In this document: positions 52,554 to 61,821 of the stretch, one piece after another
Layout: each line of letters opens with the position of its first letter
How positions within the stretch are numbered: the first letter of the stretch is position 1
Source: an uncultured Gammaproteobacteria bacterium
GTDB taxonomy: Bacteria > Patescibacteriota > Microgenomatia > UBA8517 > UBA10165
Assembly (NCBI GenBank): GCA_964472675.1
Contig: CAYYLO010000005.1
Span: forward strand, 1 to 61,821
DNA: 61,821 nt
Direction: 5' to 3'
Translations under genes and position numbers: made by a program
Notes under the pieces: generated by a model
Database searches by the model: none
What the model was told of the DNA's origin: nothing
Seen by the model: the letters and a program-made list of their open reading frames with translations, nothing else

Positions 52554-52629
52554 GGACAAACTGTAGCAAACATTCGTATTTGGGGGATACAATTAGGTGC
52601 AGAGTGGGGACAACAGAAAGGAGGAGAAA

Positions 52630-52722
52630 ATGGCAAAATACACGAGCGGAAGGGGTGTTTCAGGTGGCGCTTACGGTTTGGCTTTTATCGGCGCGGCCGT
52701 TTATTATCTACAACAGGCATGA
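52630..52722 (+). pseudogene. Truncated small membrane protein
   Basis: SD AGGAGG then MAKYTSGRGVSGGAYGLAFIGAAVYYLQQA*; appears to stop after one TM. Confidence 0.45.
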
Positions 52723-53020
52723 TGGACCCAGTAATTTGAGAGGTAATATTGTTGTGAGCATGTGGCTTAAAGTTCCTTGATTGGCACCAAACATTACATT
52801 GCTGGGGGGGCGTTGCACTCATTATTCTTGAGCTCTTTCACCAGGAGAAAGAACAAGATGTAAAGAAAGTCGGGGATTTAAGTTTAAAACAATCTTTTCC
52901 AATCGAAGTTTGTCAGTCTTTACCTGTGGTTCCCGGGGTGTTCAGAACCGCAGCTACTATTGGGGGGCTTTTTGTGGGGGCAGACAAAAAGGTTAAGTAT
53001 AATGATATATTTATTAATAC

Positions 53021-53350
53021 ATGCTTGATATCGAACTCTTGTTGGGATCAGTACTGATTTTAAGTTTTGGCTTTTATGGATTAATAGGAGCAATAAATAA
53101 AGAGATATACCTTCCGAGAGGCGCAACCTCAGGTAGTTTTGCAAAATTTACAGGTAAAAAGGCAATCCGGGCGGGGTTACTAACATTTGTAGGGATGGGT
53201 GTTTTTTCAGGAGGGGTACTCGCCAGCCTGTTTAAAAATACTGATATCTTTACAATTGTATTATACGTAGGTTTTATAATCTTGGCATCTTTTTTATTAA
53301 GTTTAGTGGAATATAAGACAAAGCTGTTTCACTGGTACCCTAAAAAATAA
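53021..53350 (+). CDS. Small 3-TM hypothetical protein
   Basis: 109-aa hydrophobic ORF. Confidence 0.65.
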   Translation: MLDIELLLGSVLILSFGFYGLIGAINKEIYLPRGATSGSFAKFTGKKAIRAGLLTFVGMGVFSGGVLASLFKNTDIFTIVLYVGFIILASFLLSLVEYKTKLFHWYPKK

Positions 53351-53468
53351 TAGTAATCCTGCAAGCCGTAAATACTATATCTAATTTAATGGTTCAATTT
53401 GGGTAGAAATTTGACAAGGGTTAGCTATTGATGTTTAACTGGAAAGCGTAACCATTTTAACTGCTCTA

Positions 53469-56400
53469 GTGAACAAGAAACCTGTTTTTTCTGTTCCGCA
53501 AATTGCTAGGGGAGGAGTAATTTCTCTCTTGCTGTTAGGGGTTTGCGCGTTTTTTCCCGGATTCGCTCTAGCGTCTTCTCAAAAATCTTCTTATTACGAC
53601 TTTGGGCCATACTATGGTCGAAGTCAGGTGCTAGGTTATTCTTTTTCCAGTCTGGAAAATTTGCCTGTTCCTAAAATTCCGGACAATCTTTTGCCCAAGG
53701 AAGCTGGCGGTATTACTCCAGGAAGTATTTTTTACCCGCTTGAGCGTGCGGCGGAAAATCTACAACTTACTTTTACATTTAACCCCATTAAGAAGGAGGA
53801 GTTAAGGCTTGAGTTTGCTACGGAGAGGTTTTCGGAGGCAAAAACCTTAGTTGATCAGGGCAAAACCGAGGCGGCCTCGCAAGCCTTAAGTGATTATCAA
53901 AAGGGCATAAAGGATATTGCTGAGGCTTTATCGAACTTAACCCAACAAGGTGATTCTTCGTTGTCAGTGTTAGTTGATAAGGTGGGAGAGGTTGTGGGCA
54001 GTCAGGCAATAGTTGGGCAAACCTTAAGTTTGGACATTGCTCCCGCACAAGCGGAAAGCTGGACCGCGGCGAGCAGAGAAGGCCAAAGGCTATTGGATGA
54101 GGTAGCGGAAACAAGAGGGGAGTCTCCAATACCTCAAGACTTGTCTTCCAGAATTCAAAAACTCAAGGATCAGGGGTTGTTGGGTGAAGAAGAGAGCAAC
54201 AAATTGTATAGCTTTAAAACTCGGTCTGAAGTAAGAAGCGAGATGGAGAAGCTAGCTTCTTCGGGCCAGCTCCCGGCTTCTGAGCTTAGCTGGCTTGATA
54301 CAGTAATAACACAGGAATTTCCGGATGTCCAACAGGCATTAAGAGCCAATTTTCAAGTAGCAGAGTTGCGCACCTACCAGGCGTTGCCCCAACCGTCAAA
54401 GGAAGTGTTAGCAGAAATTAAAAAGTGGCAAGGGGATACTTCTGTCCCTGTACCAAACGAGATTAAACCATACTTGTGGTATAGCAGAGCCCAGGAAATT
54501 GCACAGGGTGTTGACCTTTCAAATTTTTCGGCAGATCAACAGTTTGAGGTCGCAAAGGCGTATCCGCAAGTTGCAACAGAAAACCCCACTTACTCATATG
54601 TTCCTCTACCTTCGCCAACTCCGTCTATTAGCCCCGAGCTCACAGAACAAGTCCCTTCCACGGTTCCCTTACCATCTCCAACACCTTCGGTTGCCCAAGT
54701 TTCAGCGGAACCTTATCTTGCTGATTCTAGCGGGGCTTTGCCCGGGCAGCCGACCTACTTTCTAAAGCAATTCGGAGAGCAGCTTGCATATACTTTCGCT
54801 TTTAGCTCGACTGACAGGGTGCAGCTTAAGATGCAATATGCCGAGCGGCGCTTGGCAGAAGCTAGGCGATTGTCGGAGGATCCCGGCAAGGCTTCTTTGT
54901 ACAAGTCGACGATTGAAAACTACCGCAAGACCTTGGAAGACGCCTCTATCTTGCTTAAAAATAGTGCTGGTGATGATGGGCAAAAAACTTTAGTTGCAGA
55001 AAGGCTTGAGGCTCAAGCAGGAAGGCATGAAGTTTTATTAGAAAAAGGCCTCTTACCTTCAGGAGAAGATCCACAACTAATTCGGGGAGCCATACGTGCC
55101 ACAGAGGATGCGATGGACAGAAGCGCTGACGTTTTGGAAAGGAGCGCACTACCTGCTTCTTTGTCTCAAAGGTTAGGAGACCTTAAGGCTCAGGGTTTGA
55201 TACTTGCCGAGGAGGCGGAAGATTTGGTTAGATCAAGCTCTCGTGAGGAGGTCAGAGAAAAGGTGCGCAAGCTTGTGGAACTAAATACGATTCCGTTGGC
55301 TGATGCCAAGAAGATGGATGAGAGTCAGGTTTTAACCTCTCCTTCGGATTATAGTCAACTGGTTGAGGTTAGAAAAATCGAAGAGCTGCAAAATTTAAGA
55401 TCGGTTCAAGCCGATTTGGCTCAAACTCCTGCCTTAAAATCCAACCTAACCACTCTAGCCCAAAAAGAGACAGCCTTAGCTAGCTCTTTTGATCCTGCAT
55501 TTGTCAAACTGGAAGATTTGGGGGGCAGGGAAGACCTGGCCAAAACCTATGAAAGACTGGCATCGGTTCCCCGTCCTATTAATGGCGGTCAGTTTGGAGC
55601 AGAAGCAACGCCTGGCGCTCAGCCCGCAGTTGTTACCCCCCAACCCCAGGACGCAGTCTTATCTGCTTGTCCTGAGGGGGCTATTTTTAAGCAATTTGAA
55701 GGTTGTGTTTGGGCTGACAATGGAAGAAGAATTAATGATTATGATCAGTATAAGTGCGAGGGCCCCAGACAGTATTATTCTTTTGCTGTCGGAAAATGTG
55801 TAGCCAGTGATCAAAAAGGGGGCGCTGTGGAGGATGCTCAACCCATTTGTCCAATAGGCTATAGTTGGAGTTGGCAAAACCAGAGTTGCCAAGCCTATAC
55901 TGGTGGGGGGTCATTGCCCCTGCCCACCCCTCCTGTGGAACCCGAGCCAAAGGATGATCAAGAGCGCGAGAAAAGAGCAAAGAGTTGCCCGGAAGGGTCT
56001 TCTTATCAGACGCCTAATGGCTGTGTTTGGGATAAAAGCGGCAAATCGGTCTATGATTCCGAACAGTACCGTTGTGGACGGCGTCAATATTATTCATTTG
56101 AGGAAGGGGGATGTGTTGCCTCTCCCGAAGAAGGACAGCCTTATCCTAAAAATACCAACCCTGTTTGCAAAGAAGATGGTACCTTTTGGAGTTGGAATGA
56201 AGGGAAATGTATTAGTGCTATTTTCCCGTTAAAACAAGAGGACGGGAATACTTCTAAGATAATTATTGATGATTTTAGGTCTCCTTTTATAGCTCCTGGT
56301 AGTCCATTTTATATTTTCAAGCAGGCGGCAGAGAGGGCACAACTGGCTCTATCATTTACTGCACCAGCCAGAGAACGGGTTAGCCTGTCTCAAGCTAAAG

Positions 56401-58985
56401 AGAGATTGGTTGAAGCTGCTGATGCTTTAAAGAAAAATGACGAGAAAACTGTTAAAAAAGCTTTGGAAGCTTACACCTCTGCGATGCAGGGTATTGTGGC
56501 CGATGTGTCCCGGGAACAACTGAGCGAGGGGGCCAGGAAGGAAATCTCAAAACTGCTGGCTGAGGAGTCAGCTGAACAAAATTTATTGCTTGAGAGATTG
56601 TCAGCTTGGGCTCCTAAGGAGCATGATATTGCCATCAACGCTGCTGTATCAGCCACTATTTTGGGAGTTGATAAGGCGGCAGACATAGCTGGCGAGCCTC
56701 CGGTTCCTGATGAAGTTAGAAGCAAAATTGAGTCCTTGCCAGAAAAGATGATTTCTGAGGAGGACAAGAAAGCTCTTCTCGATATGGATTCCCGTGTAGA
56801 AGCCAGACTCAAACTAGGAGGATTAGTGACAAGTGGCGTTTTGACCCAAGTTGACGCAGCTTTCTTAAACGAGGATTTTGAGGCTGTAGACGAAACGGCC
56901 AAGATCAAAGTAGAAGAACTGAAAAAGCTGGAGGAGATTACTAGTGCTTCCGATAGCATTGACAAAATAGAAGAAAGGATAGGAAAGAATGAAGAAGTTG
57001 TTCAAAAACTGGAGGAATTTAAAAAGACTTTCGAGGTTGGAGAAGTGGTAGCAGACGAGATCCGTTCTTATGTTAAATTAACAAGGATTGACGAGGTGAC
57101 TGGGACCATAAGGCCCGATATTGTCAAGCTGGAAGATTTTTCAAACCGTAAAGATGTTGTTTTGGCGGTTGCCACCTTGCAAGAAGAATTTCGTCCTACA
57201 AAAGAGGCTTTTTCGAAGGTAGAAGATTTTAGGAGAAGAAACCCCAACGTCATTTTGCCTCCTGACCTGGCAAGAATTGAAGCACTCTCTTATAGCCTTG
57301 GAGTTAGGGGGCAGGCAAGCTCGTGCTTCTTGCCTTCTCCACCATTCCCAGTCGGCACTCCGTGTCCGGCGCCAGGAGCAGCAATACCGATTGCATCGTA
57401 TTACGACTACAATACAGCTAACTTGTTTGGAACGAACGCAGTTGGCGGACAAGGGGTTGGGGCAACCGCACCATCACTTGACAAGGATGGTAAACCTTTG
57501 GTTTATGGTCAAGGCCCAAAAGCTGAGAGCGCAGGTGTCTGTTCTTCGGGATATCATTGGATGTACGACAGCGGGGGGTGGTGCATGTCCAACAGTGGCA
57601 GTTATAGCCCTTCTTACACTTATACGCCAACTGGCACTGGTTCAGGCTATACTCCTTACAGCCCCTATTACACTGCCCCTGGTGCCCCTCCTGCTACTTA
57701 TGGTTATCCTGGAAATAACAACTACCCTGCCTCGCCTTACTCATACAGCCCGCCAAGTTACTATGGTACTGCCCCCACTTATTACACCACCAATCCGCCT
57801 GCCGGAACTGTTCCAGGTTCAGGACCTAAGCCTACGGCTCCTGGTCAATGTCCTTCGGGATACCACTGGATGAGTGACAGTGGAGGCTGGTGTATGTCTG
57901 ATGGCCCAACTTATGTGCCGGCAGGAACCACCACAGACAGCACGCCTCCATCAGGAGGATATAACTGTGGTAGCCAGCCTTATGATCCAGTTACGAAAAA
58001 ATGTAAAGACGGAGCTTGTCCTGGTGGTTATAACTGGGATGGTAGTAAGTGTGTGACCAGTGGGGGTTATTCGGGAGGAGGGAGTGCTCCTGGCTCATAC
58101 CAGTATGGTTGCACTCCGGGCTATTACTGGGACGGCAGTAAATGCGTAGCAGGCAGCTATTCTGGCGGAGGCTGGTCAGATGCAGCTGCCAGATCCCAAT
58201 CCTGGTGTCAACCACCCTCAGGCGGCTGTGGCTCCAATTCTTATTGGGATTATGGAAGCTGTTACTGCCGAAGCTCAAGCAATTATTATGGAGGTAGCGG
58301 TCCCTCGCCAAGCAATCAATGCCAAGGTCTAAGCTGTGGCGGAGGTGCCTGGTTAGATTACTCAACCTGTAGTTGCAAGTATTCAGGATCAACTTCTGGC
58401 AACTCAGGCGGTCTAACTTGTTACCCTCCTTCTGCAGGTTGTCCAGGCGGCTGGTATGATTATGGCACTTGCTCTTGTAAATCCTCTTCATCTAGCACAG
58501 GCTCGAGCGGAGGAAGTAGTTATTGTTCTCCTCCCTCAGGCGGGTGTGGATCAGGCTGGTGGGATAGCGGATCGTGTTCGTGCAGACAGGCTTCCTCACA
58601 AGGCTGTTACAATGTATCGGCTTCAAGTTGCGGAGCAGGATGGTATTTTGATGCAGGTTTGTGTACTTGCCGACAAAACTCTGAAAGCAGCACAACTACT
58701 ACATCTGGAGGAACTTCCGGTGGATCATCCTCTTCTGGCTCCTGCCCATCTGGATACCACTGGATGAGTGACAGTGGAGGCTGGTGTATGTCTGATGGCA
58801 GTAGTGGGTCTGGTGGCTCTTCTTCATCTACCACTACAACCACCACAGAGCCTGCGCAAACTACTACGCCGACAACAACTACTACAACCGAGACGAGTTC
58901 ACAGCCTGCGCCAGCGCCGACTGAAAATACCACTACCACTACAACCACCACAGAGCCTGCGCCAGCGCCGACAACATCTCCATGA
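53469..58985 (+). CDS. Giant secreted/surface protein: three DUF5667-like modules, Cys-rich repeats, Thr/Pro tail
   Basis: PGSIFYPLERAAE / PGQPTYFLKQFGE / PGSPFYIFKQAAE; CPSGYHWMSDSGGWCM repeats; identical 48 nt at 57858 and 58752. Confidence 0.85.
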   Translation: MNKKPVFSVPQIARGGVISLLLLGVCAFFPGFALASSQKSSYYDFGPYYGRSQVLGYSFSSLENLPVPKIPDNLLPKEAGGITPGSIFYPLERAAENLQLTFTFNPIKKEELRLEFATERFSEAKTLVDQGKTEAASQALSDYQKGIKDIAEALSNLTQQGDSSLSVLVDKVGEVVGSQAIVGQTLSLDIAPAQAESWTAASREGQRLLDEVAETRGESPIPQDLSSRIQKLKDQGLLGEEESNKLYSFKTRSEVRSEMEKLASSGQLPASELSWLDTVITQEFPDVQQALRANFQVAELRTYQALPQPSKEVLAEIKKWQGDTSVPVPNEIKPYLWYSRAQEIAQGVDLSNFSADQQFEVAKAYPQVATENPTYSYVPLPSPTPSISPELTEQVPSTVPLPSPTPSVAQVSAEPYLADSSGALPGQPTYFLKQFGEQLAYTFAFSSTDRVQLKMQYAERRLAEARRLSEDPGKASLYKSTIENYRKTLEDASILLKNSAGDDGQKTLVAERLEAQAGRHEVLLEKGLLPSGEDPQLIRGAIRATEDAMDRSADVLERSALPASLSQRLGDLKAQGLILAEEAEDLVRSSSREEVREKVRKLVELNTIPLADAKKMDESQVLTSPSDYSQLVEVRKIEELQNLRSVQADLAQTPALKSNLTTLAQKETALASSFDPAFVKLEDLGGREDLAKTYERLASVPRPINGGQFGAEATPGAQPAVVTPQPQDAVLSACPEGAIFKQFEGCVWADNGRRINDYDQYKCEGPRQYYSFAVGKCVASDQKGGAVEDAQPICPIGYSWSWQNQSCQAYTGGGSLPLPTPPVEPEPKDDQEREKRAKSCPEGSSYQTPNGCVWDKSGKSVYDSEQYRCGRRQYYSFEEGGCVASPEEGQPYPKNTNPVCKEDGTFWSWNEGKCISAIFPLKQEDGNTSKIIIDDFRSPFIAPGSPFYIFKQAAERAQLALSFTAPARERVSLSQAKERLVEAADALKKNDEKTVKKALEAYTSAMQGIVADVSREQLSEGARKEISKLLAEESAEQNLLLERLSAWAPKEHDIAINAAVSATILGVDKAADIAGEPPVPDEVRSKIESLPEKMISEEDKKALLDMDSRVEARLKLGGLVTSGVLTQVDAAFLNEDFEAVDETAKIKVEELKKLEEITSASDSIDKIEERIGKNEEVVQKLEEFKKTFEVGEVVADEIRSYVKLTRIDEVTGTIRPDIVKLEDFSNRKDVVLAVATLQEEFRPTKEAFSKVEDFRRRNPNVILPPDLARIEALSYSLGVRGQASSCFLPSPPFPVGTPCPAPGAAIPIASYYDYNTANLFGTNAVGGQGVGATAPSLDKDGKPLVYGQGPKAESAGVCSSGYHWMYDSGGWCMSNSGSYSPSYTYTPTGTGSGYTPYSPYYTAPGAPPATYGYPGNNNYPASPYSYSPPSYYGTAPTYYTTNPPAGTVPGSGPKPTAPGQCPSGYHWMSDSGGWCMSDGPTYVPAGTTTDSTPPSGGYNCGSQPYDPVTKKCKDGACPGGYNWDGSKCVTSGGYSGGGSAPGSYQYGCTPGYYWDGSKCVAGSYSGGGWSDAAARSQSWCQPPSGGCGSNSYWDYGSCYCRSSSNYYGGSGPSPSNQCQGLSCGGGAWLDYSTCSCKYSGSTSGNSGGLTCYPPSAGCPGGWYDYGTCSCKSSSSSTGSSGGSSYCSPPSGGCGSGWWDSGSCSCRQASSQGCYNVSASSCGAGWYFDAGLCTCRQNSESSTTTTSGGTSGGSSSSGSCPSGYHWMSDSGGWCMSDGSSGSGGSSSSTTTTTTEPAQTTTPTTTTTTETSSQPAPAPTENTTTTTTTTEPAPAPTTSP

Positions 58986-59338
58986 CGAGGAACACTTTAT
59001 TCTTTTTTGTTTTAGGGGTTGTTACGGGTTTGGTGGCTTTTAGGTTATTTTCCGAATTTCCCCAAAAGCACATGATAGTTTATGATGGTCTTACTTTTAA
59101 TCCTGTGCTTTTAGTAATTGACCTAGGTGACTCGGTTACTGTTTCTAATAAATCGAATAAAGTTATGGAGGTTGCCGCGGGAAAGCATGATGACCACAAA
59201 AACTTAAAAGGTTTTGAGGAAAAAATTGTTAAAGCGGGTGAAACCTATTCATTTATCCCAGAGGAGAAGGGAATATTTGATTTGCATGACCATTTGAATC
59301 CCAAAAAATTGGGGGTACTTGTTATCGATGGAAAATAA
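58982..59338 (+). CDS. Cupredoxin-fold protein
   Basis: FNPVLLVIDLGDSVTVSN, GETYSFIPEEKGIFDLHDHLNP; ATGA overlap. Confidence 0.7.
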   Translation: MTRNTLFFFVLGVVTGLVAFRLFSEFPQKHMIVYDGLTFNPVLLVIDLGDSVTVSNKSNKVMEVAAGKHDDHKNLKGFEEKIVKAGETYSFIPEEKGIFDLHDHLNPKKLGVLVIDGK

Positions 59339-59399
59339 GAGACAGGTGTTTGAAAATCTTCCGGAAGATAAATAGTTTGCTACAAATCATCCATTTATT

Positions 59400-59669
59400 T
59401 CAACGATGGGGGCAACCGACCCAACAACAAGGCCTGCGCATTCCACCCTTAAGCTTTGAGATGGCCTTCTTAATGCGGATACTCCTCGTCTCCGCTTTCT
59501 TGCCGGAAGTTACCCGGCAAATCCATTCTTTTTCAGCCAGTTCTAGTCGTTCGTGGAGTTCTTTATCAGATACATGATCACGGACTTGCTTGAGGATATC
59601 GGCAAATCCGGCTTCATCAACCTTAAAAACCTTTTTGCATTGTGGACATACAATATCGTTCATAGTCAT
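59400..59669 (-). pseudogene. DUF2130-family N-terminal fragment
   Basis: IVCPQCKKVFKVDEAGFADILKQVRD...LHERLELAEKE followed by unrelated sequence. Confidence 0.65.
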
Positions 59670-59689
59670 TTACATTTATTTTTGTTTAT

Positions 59690-60718
59690 CTATTTATTTC
59701 GTTTACTTTCTCCCTTGATTAGCTTCTTCACCACCCGATCAAAGTCAGACTCAATTGGCTGAATCTTGTTGAACTCTCTATACTCAGCCAAGGCTTTCTT
59801 ATCAGCATCATCCTTTGAAACTTTTCCCTTACCGTCCAAAATTCTGTACTCATTGAACGTCAGGAATTTATTAACACTTTCAGCGAACTCTTCCATGTTG
59901 AATGTCTGTCGGTTTTCAATCAGATTTTCGATGTAGTCAAAGAACCCAGTAACAGTTCGTTCAAGTTTTTTAATCTGTTCTTCTGGCAAATAATTTTTAG
60001 CTACCATAACATCAGCAGATAAAATTCTGCCGGCTGGTGCTTGTTTCCAAGTGGTCAAGCCCATGTGAGGTTGGCGACGATCTGCCCGCTTATCGATCAA
60101 CTCAGCTGCAGTGTGACCAGTGATGGCGTAATGGAACTTGTTTTGAACAGTAGCAAAGAAATCTTTAGTGGTTTGGGAGTGAGGATCGTAATCTATGCTA
60201 CATTCTGCAAAGATATCAGTTATTTGCTGATAAATACGACGTTCGCTTGACCGGATCGAACGAACCCTTTCCAGCAATTCACGAAAATAATCCTGACCAA
60301 AAACTTTCTCTCCTTGCTTAAGACGATCATCGTTCAAGGCAAAACCCTTGATTATGTATTCTCGAAGCACTTGGGTAGCCCAGATTCTGAATTGTGTGGC
60401 TCTTTGTGAGTTAACCCGATAGCCAACCGCAATAATGGCATCAAGATCATAAAAAACGACTTCTCTTGAAACCTCTCTGCCACCCTCATTTTGAACTATT
60501 CGAATTTTTCGAATGGTTGAATTTTCTGATAATTCGCCACTCTTAAACACTTCCTTTAAGTGGTAGTTAACTGTATTCACTTCTACACCGAACAGATCCG
60601 CCATCATTTTCTGAGTCAACCACAATGTTTCGTCTTGAATAAACACATCCAGCTTTATATCTCCACCTGGGGAAGTGTAAAGAATGAATTTAGATGTTTG
60701 CGTCAGTTCATTTACCAT
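59690..60718 (-). CDS. Virulence RhuM family protein
   Basis: TLWLTQKMMADLF, YDLDAIIAVGYRVNSQRATQFRIWAT, AKNYL. Confidence 0.92.
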   Translation of the reverse strand: MVNELTQTSKFILYTSPGGDIKLDVFIQDETLWLTQKMMADLFGVEVNTVNYHLKEVFKSGELSENSTIRKIRIVQNEGGREVSREVVFYDLDAIIAVGYRVNSQRATQFRIWATQVLREYIIKGFALNDDRLKQGEKVFGQDYFRELLERVRSIRSSERRIYQQITDIFAECSIDYDPHSQTTKDFFATVQNKFHYAITGHTAAELIDKRADRRQPHMGLTTWKQAPAGRILSADVMVAKNYLPEEQIKKLERTVTGFFDYIENLIENRQTFNMEEFAESVNKFLTFNEYRILDGKGKVSKDDADKKALAEYREFNKIQPIESDFDRVVKKLIKGESKRNK

Positions 60719-60719
60719 A

Positions 60720-60905
60720 TTACTTCTTCTTTATAAACTTCTTAATATCCTCAAGGCGATAGCGTCTGATTTTCTTCTCACCAATACGCACCGCTACCAA
60801 AATACCCTTACTGTCCCAAAGCCGAAGGGTGTTTGAGTGAACACTCAATATCTCCGCCGCTTCCTTGAGTTTTAAGAGTTTTTCCATAAGTACATTACCT
60901 ACCAA
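60720..60905 (-). CDS. MerR/excisionase-like HTH protein
   Basis: LKEAAEILSVHSNTLRLWDSKG..RRYRLEDI. Confidence 0.85.
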   Translation of the reverse strand: MVGNVLMEKLLKLKEAAEILSVHSNTLRLWDSKGILVAVRIGEKKIRRYRLEDIKKFIKKK

Positions 60906-61255
60906 TTGATGACACTAGCATACAAAATAATTGGCTATTTATCAATCCCTTTTGCGAGGAAGTTTTCTATGATAGTTAACTATAATAGAGAGGCGCGAAG
61001 GGGTAATTTCCAGGCTAAAAGCAGTAAGTTTTCTATTTTGATTTTTCAGTAATCTGGAATTTTCGGACAATAGTTGTCAAGAATTCCTTGACAACTGCAC
61101 CTACTGCAAACTCATAAACACGAGCACTGACACCACGTGGCCGCTTTGGGGGGGCATTTGCTGCCTGGTTGGGCTCGTTACCCTGGGAATAGAATCAGGA
61201 AAATTTAGAGGATTTTGAAAAAGAAACTTCCGAACATAAAGAATTGCCCGACAGA

Positions 61256-61594
61256 TCAATAGTCCCAAAATACTAAAATAGTCTTTTGCCCTTGTTCTTT
61301 ATAATCTTCTGAAGGCTCGGAAGCCTTTAAGAAAGAGAAAATTTCTTGTCTTTTTGTAGAATCTTCTGGGAGTTCTACAATCAACTCGTCGGCGTAAGGT
61401 CGATCTGGCTCATTTTGACTATACCCTTTAACTTCTCCAACAAGAACTTTCGTTGCACCGAGCTCATAAAGCTTGTCAACAAAGTTTAAAGCATCTTCTT
61501 TTGTGTCAAAGACATGCCCAGCAAAAGCGCCATCTTGGGTTTCTTCTAATCCTACCCAGTTTTCTATAATCCACTTTTTAGCTTCTAGCTCCAT
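61256..61594 (-). CDS. Hypothetical acidic protein
   Basis: 112-aa ORF, FVDKLYELGATKV..YADELIVELP..FWDY. Confidence 0.65.
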   Translation of the reverse strand: MELEAKKWIIENWVGLEETQDGAFAGHVFDTKEDALNFVDKLYELGATKVLVGEVKGYSQNEPDRPYADELIVELPEDSTKRQEIFSFLKASEPSEDYKEQGQKTILVFWDY

Positions 61595-61614
61595 ATATAA
61601 GATGTCAGCGCATT

Positions 61615-61821
61615 TTATTGCTTCGGCGACAACAACTCCTTAAACTGCTTTTCATTTTCTTCCCTTTTCCTCTTTGTCTCTTTGTCGTCATTATAAAAAC
61701 GTTCTTCAATCATAGCCTTGTCCAAGGCCGCTGCTTGTTGGGCTAATGCTTGAATGTTACCTAGGAGCTTTTCTCTAGTTAATTGGTGTCCTGGTGTGTA
61801 TGCAATCTGTAAGAGTGAATT
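61615..61821 (-). CDS. 3' end of a hypothetical protein (5' end outside the window)
   Basis: Open frame NSLLQIAYTPG...ELLSPKQ* reaching the window edge. Confidence 0.5.
   Translation of the reverse strand, partial: NSLLQIAYTPGHQLTREKLLGNIQALAQQAAALDKAMIEERFYNDDKETKRKREENEKQFKELLSPKQ

Noticed and set aside
57858-58799. Diversity-generating retroelement TR/VR pair
   Set aside because: The copies are identical (no adenine-specific mismatches), both lie in the same ORF, and there is no reverse transcriptase in the window
1-61821. Alternative genetic code (UGA=Gly) as in some CPR lineages
   Set aside because: Long conserved genes are intact under the standard code and TGA ends genes at expected positions (e.g. 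10680, 21367, 51846)
1-61821. tRNA or rRNA genes
   Set aside because: No cloverleaf or rRNA signature noticed other than the tRNA-like domain of tmRNA; a tRNAscan-SE run would confirm

Overview
A 61.8 kb chromosomal window from a Patescibacteria (CPR) bacterium, most likely Microgenomates. The assignment is inferred from DUF5657/DUF5667/DUF4012-type genes, a T4SS-pilin array and a short ValRS; TGA is used as stop, so the standard code applies. The window is centred on the replication origin (dnaN-dnaA / rpmH-rnpA-yidD-yidC-jag), where DnaA boxes, a DnaA-trio unwinding element and a C-rich to G-rich skew switch are visible. Left of oriC are comF, smpB, tmRNA, several toxin-antitoxin modules and a ~19.5 kb conjugation-like type IV secretion locus on the inferred lagging strand. 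That locus holds 8 divergent VirB2/TrbC-like pilins, uppS, a lytic transglycosylase, Fic, VirB6-like, PrgI, VirB4 and an M23 peptidase, and encloses two large divergent orphan proteins with Arg-rich C-termini (candidate effectors). Right of oriC are housekeeping genes (rplY, valS, tsaD, tgt), stress and repair genes, an orphan response regulator near a stand-alone HisKA protein, a 1838-aa Cys-rich surface protein and the edge of a RhuM-type island. Non-coding patterns include palindromic MITE/REP-like elements (one in frame inside valS), 7-mer microsatellites inside genes, a remote DnaA-box cluster, a CIRCE element and pervasive -10 boxes 5-8 nt upstream of start codons (leaderless-type genes). 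All family assignments come from motif recognition by eye; no searches were run.
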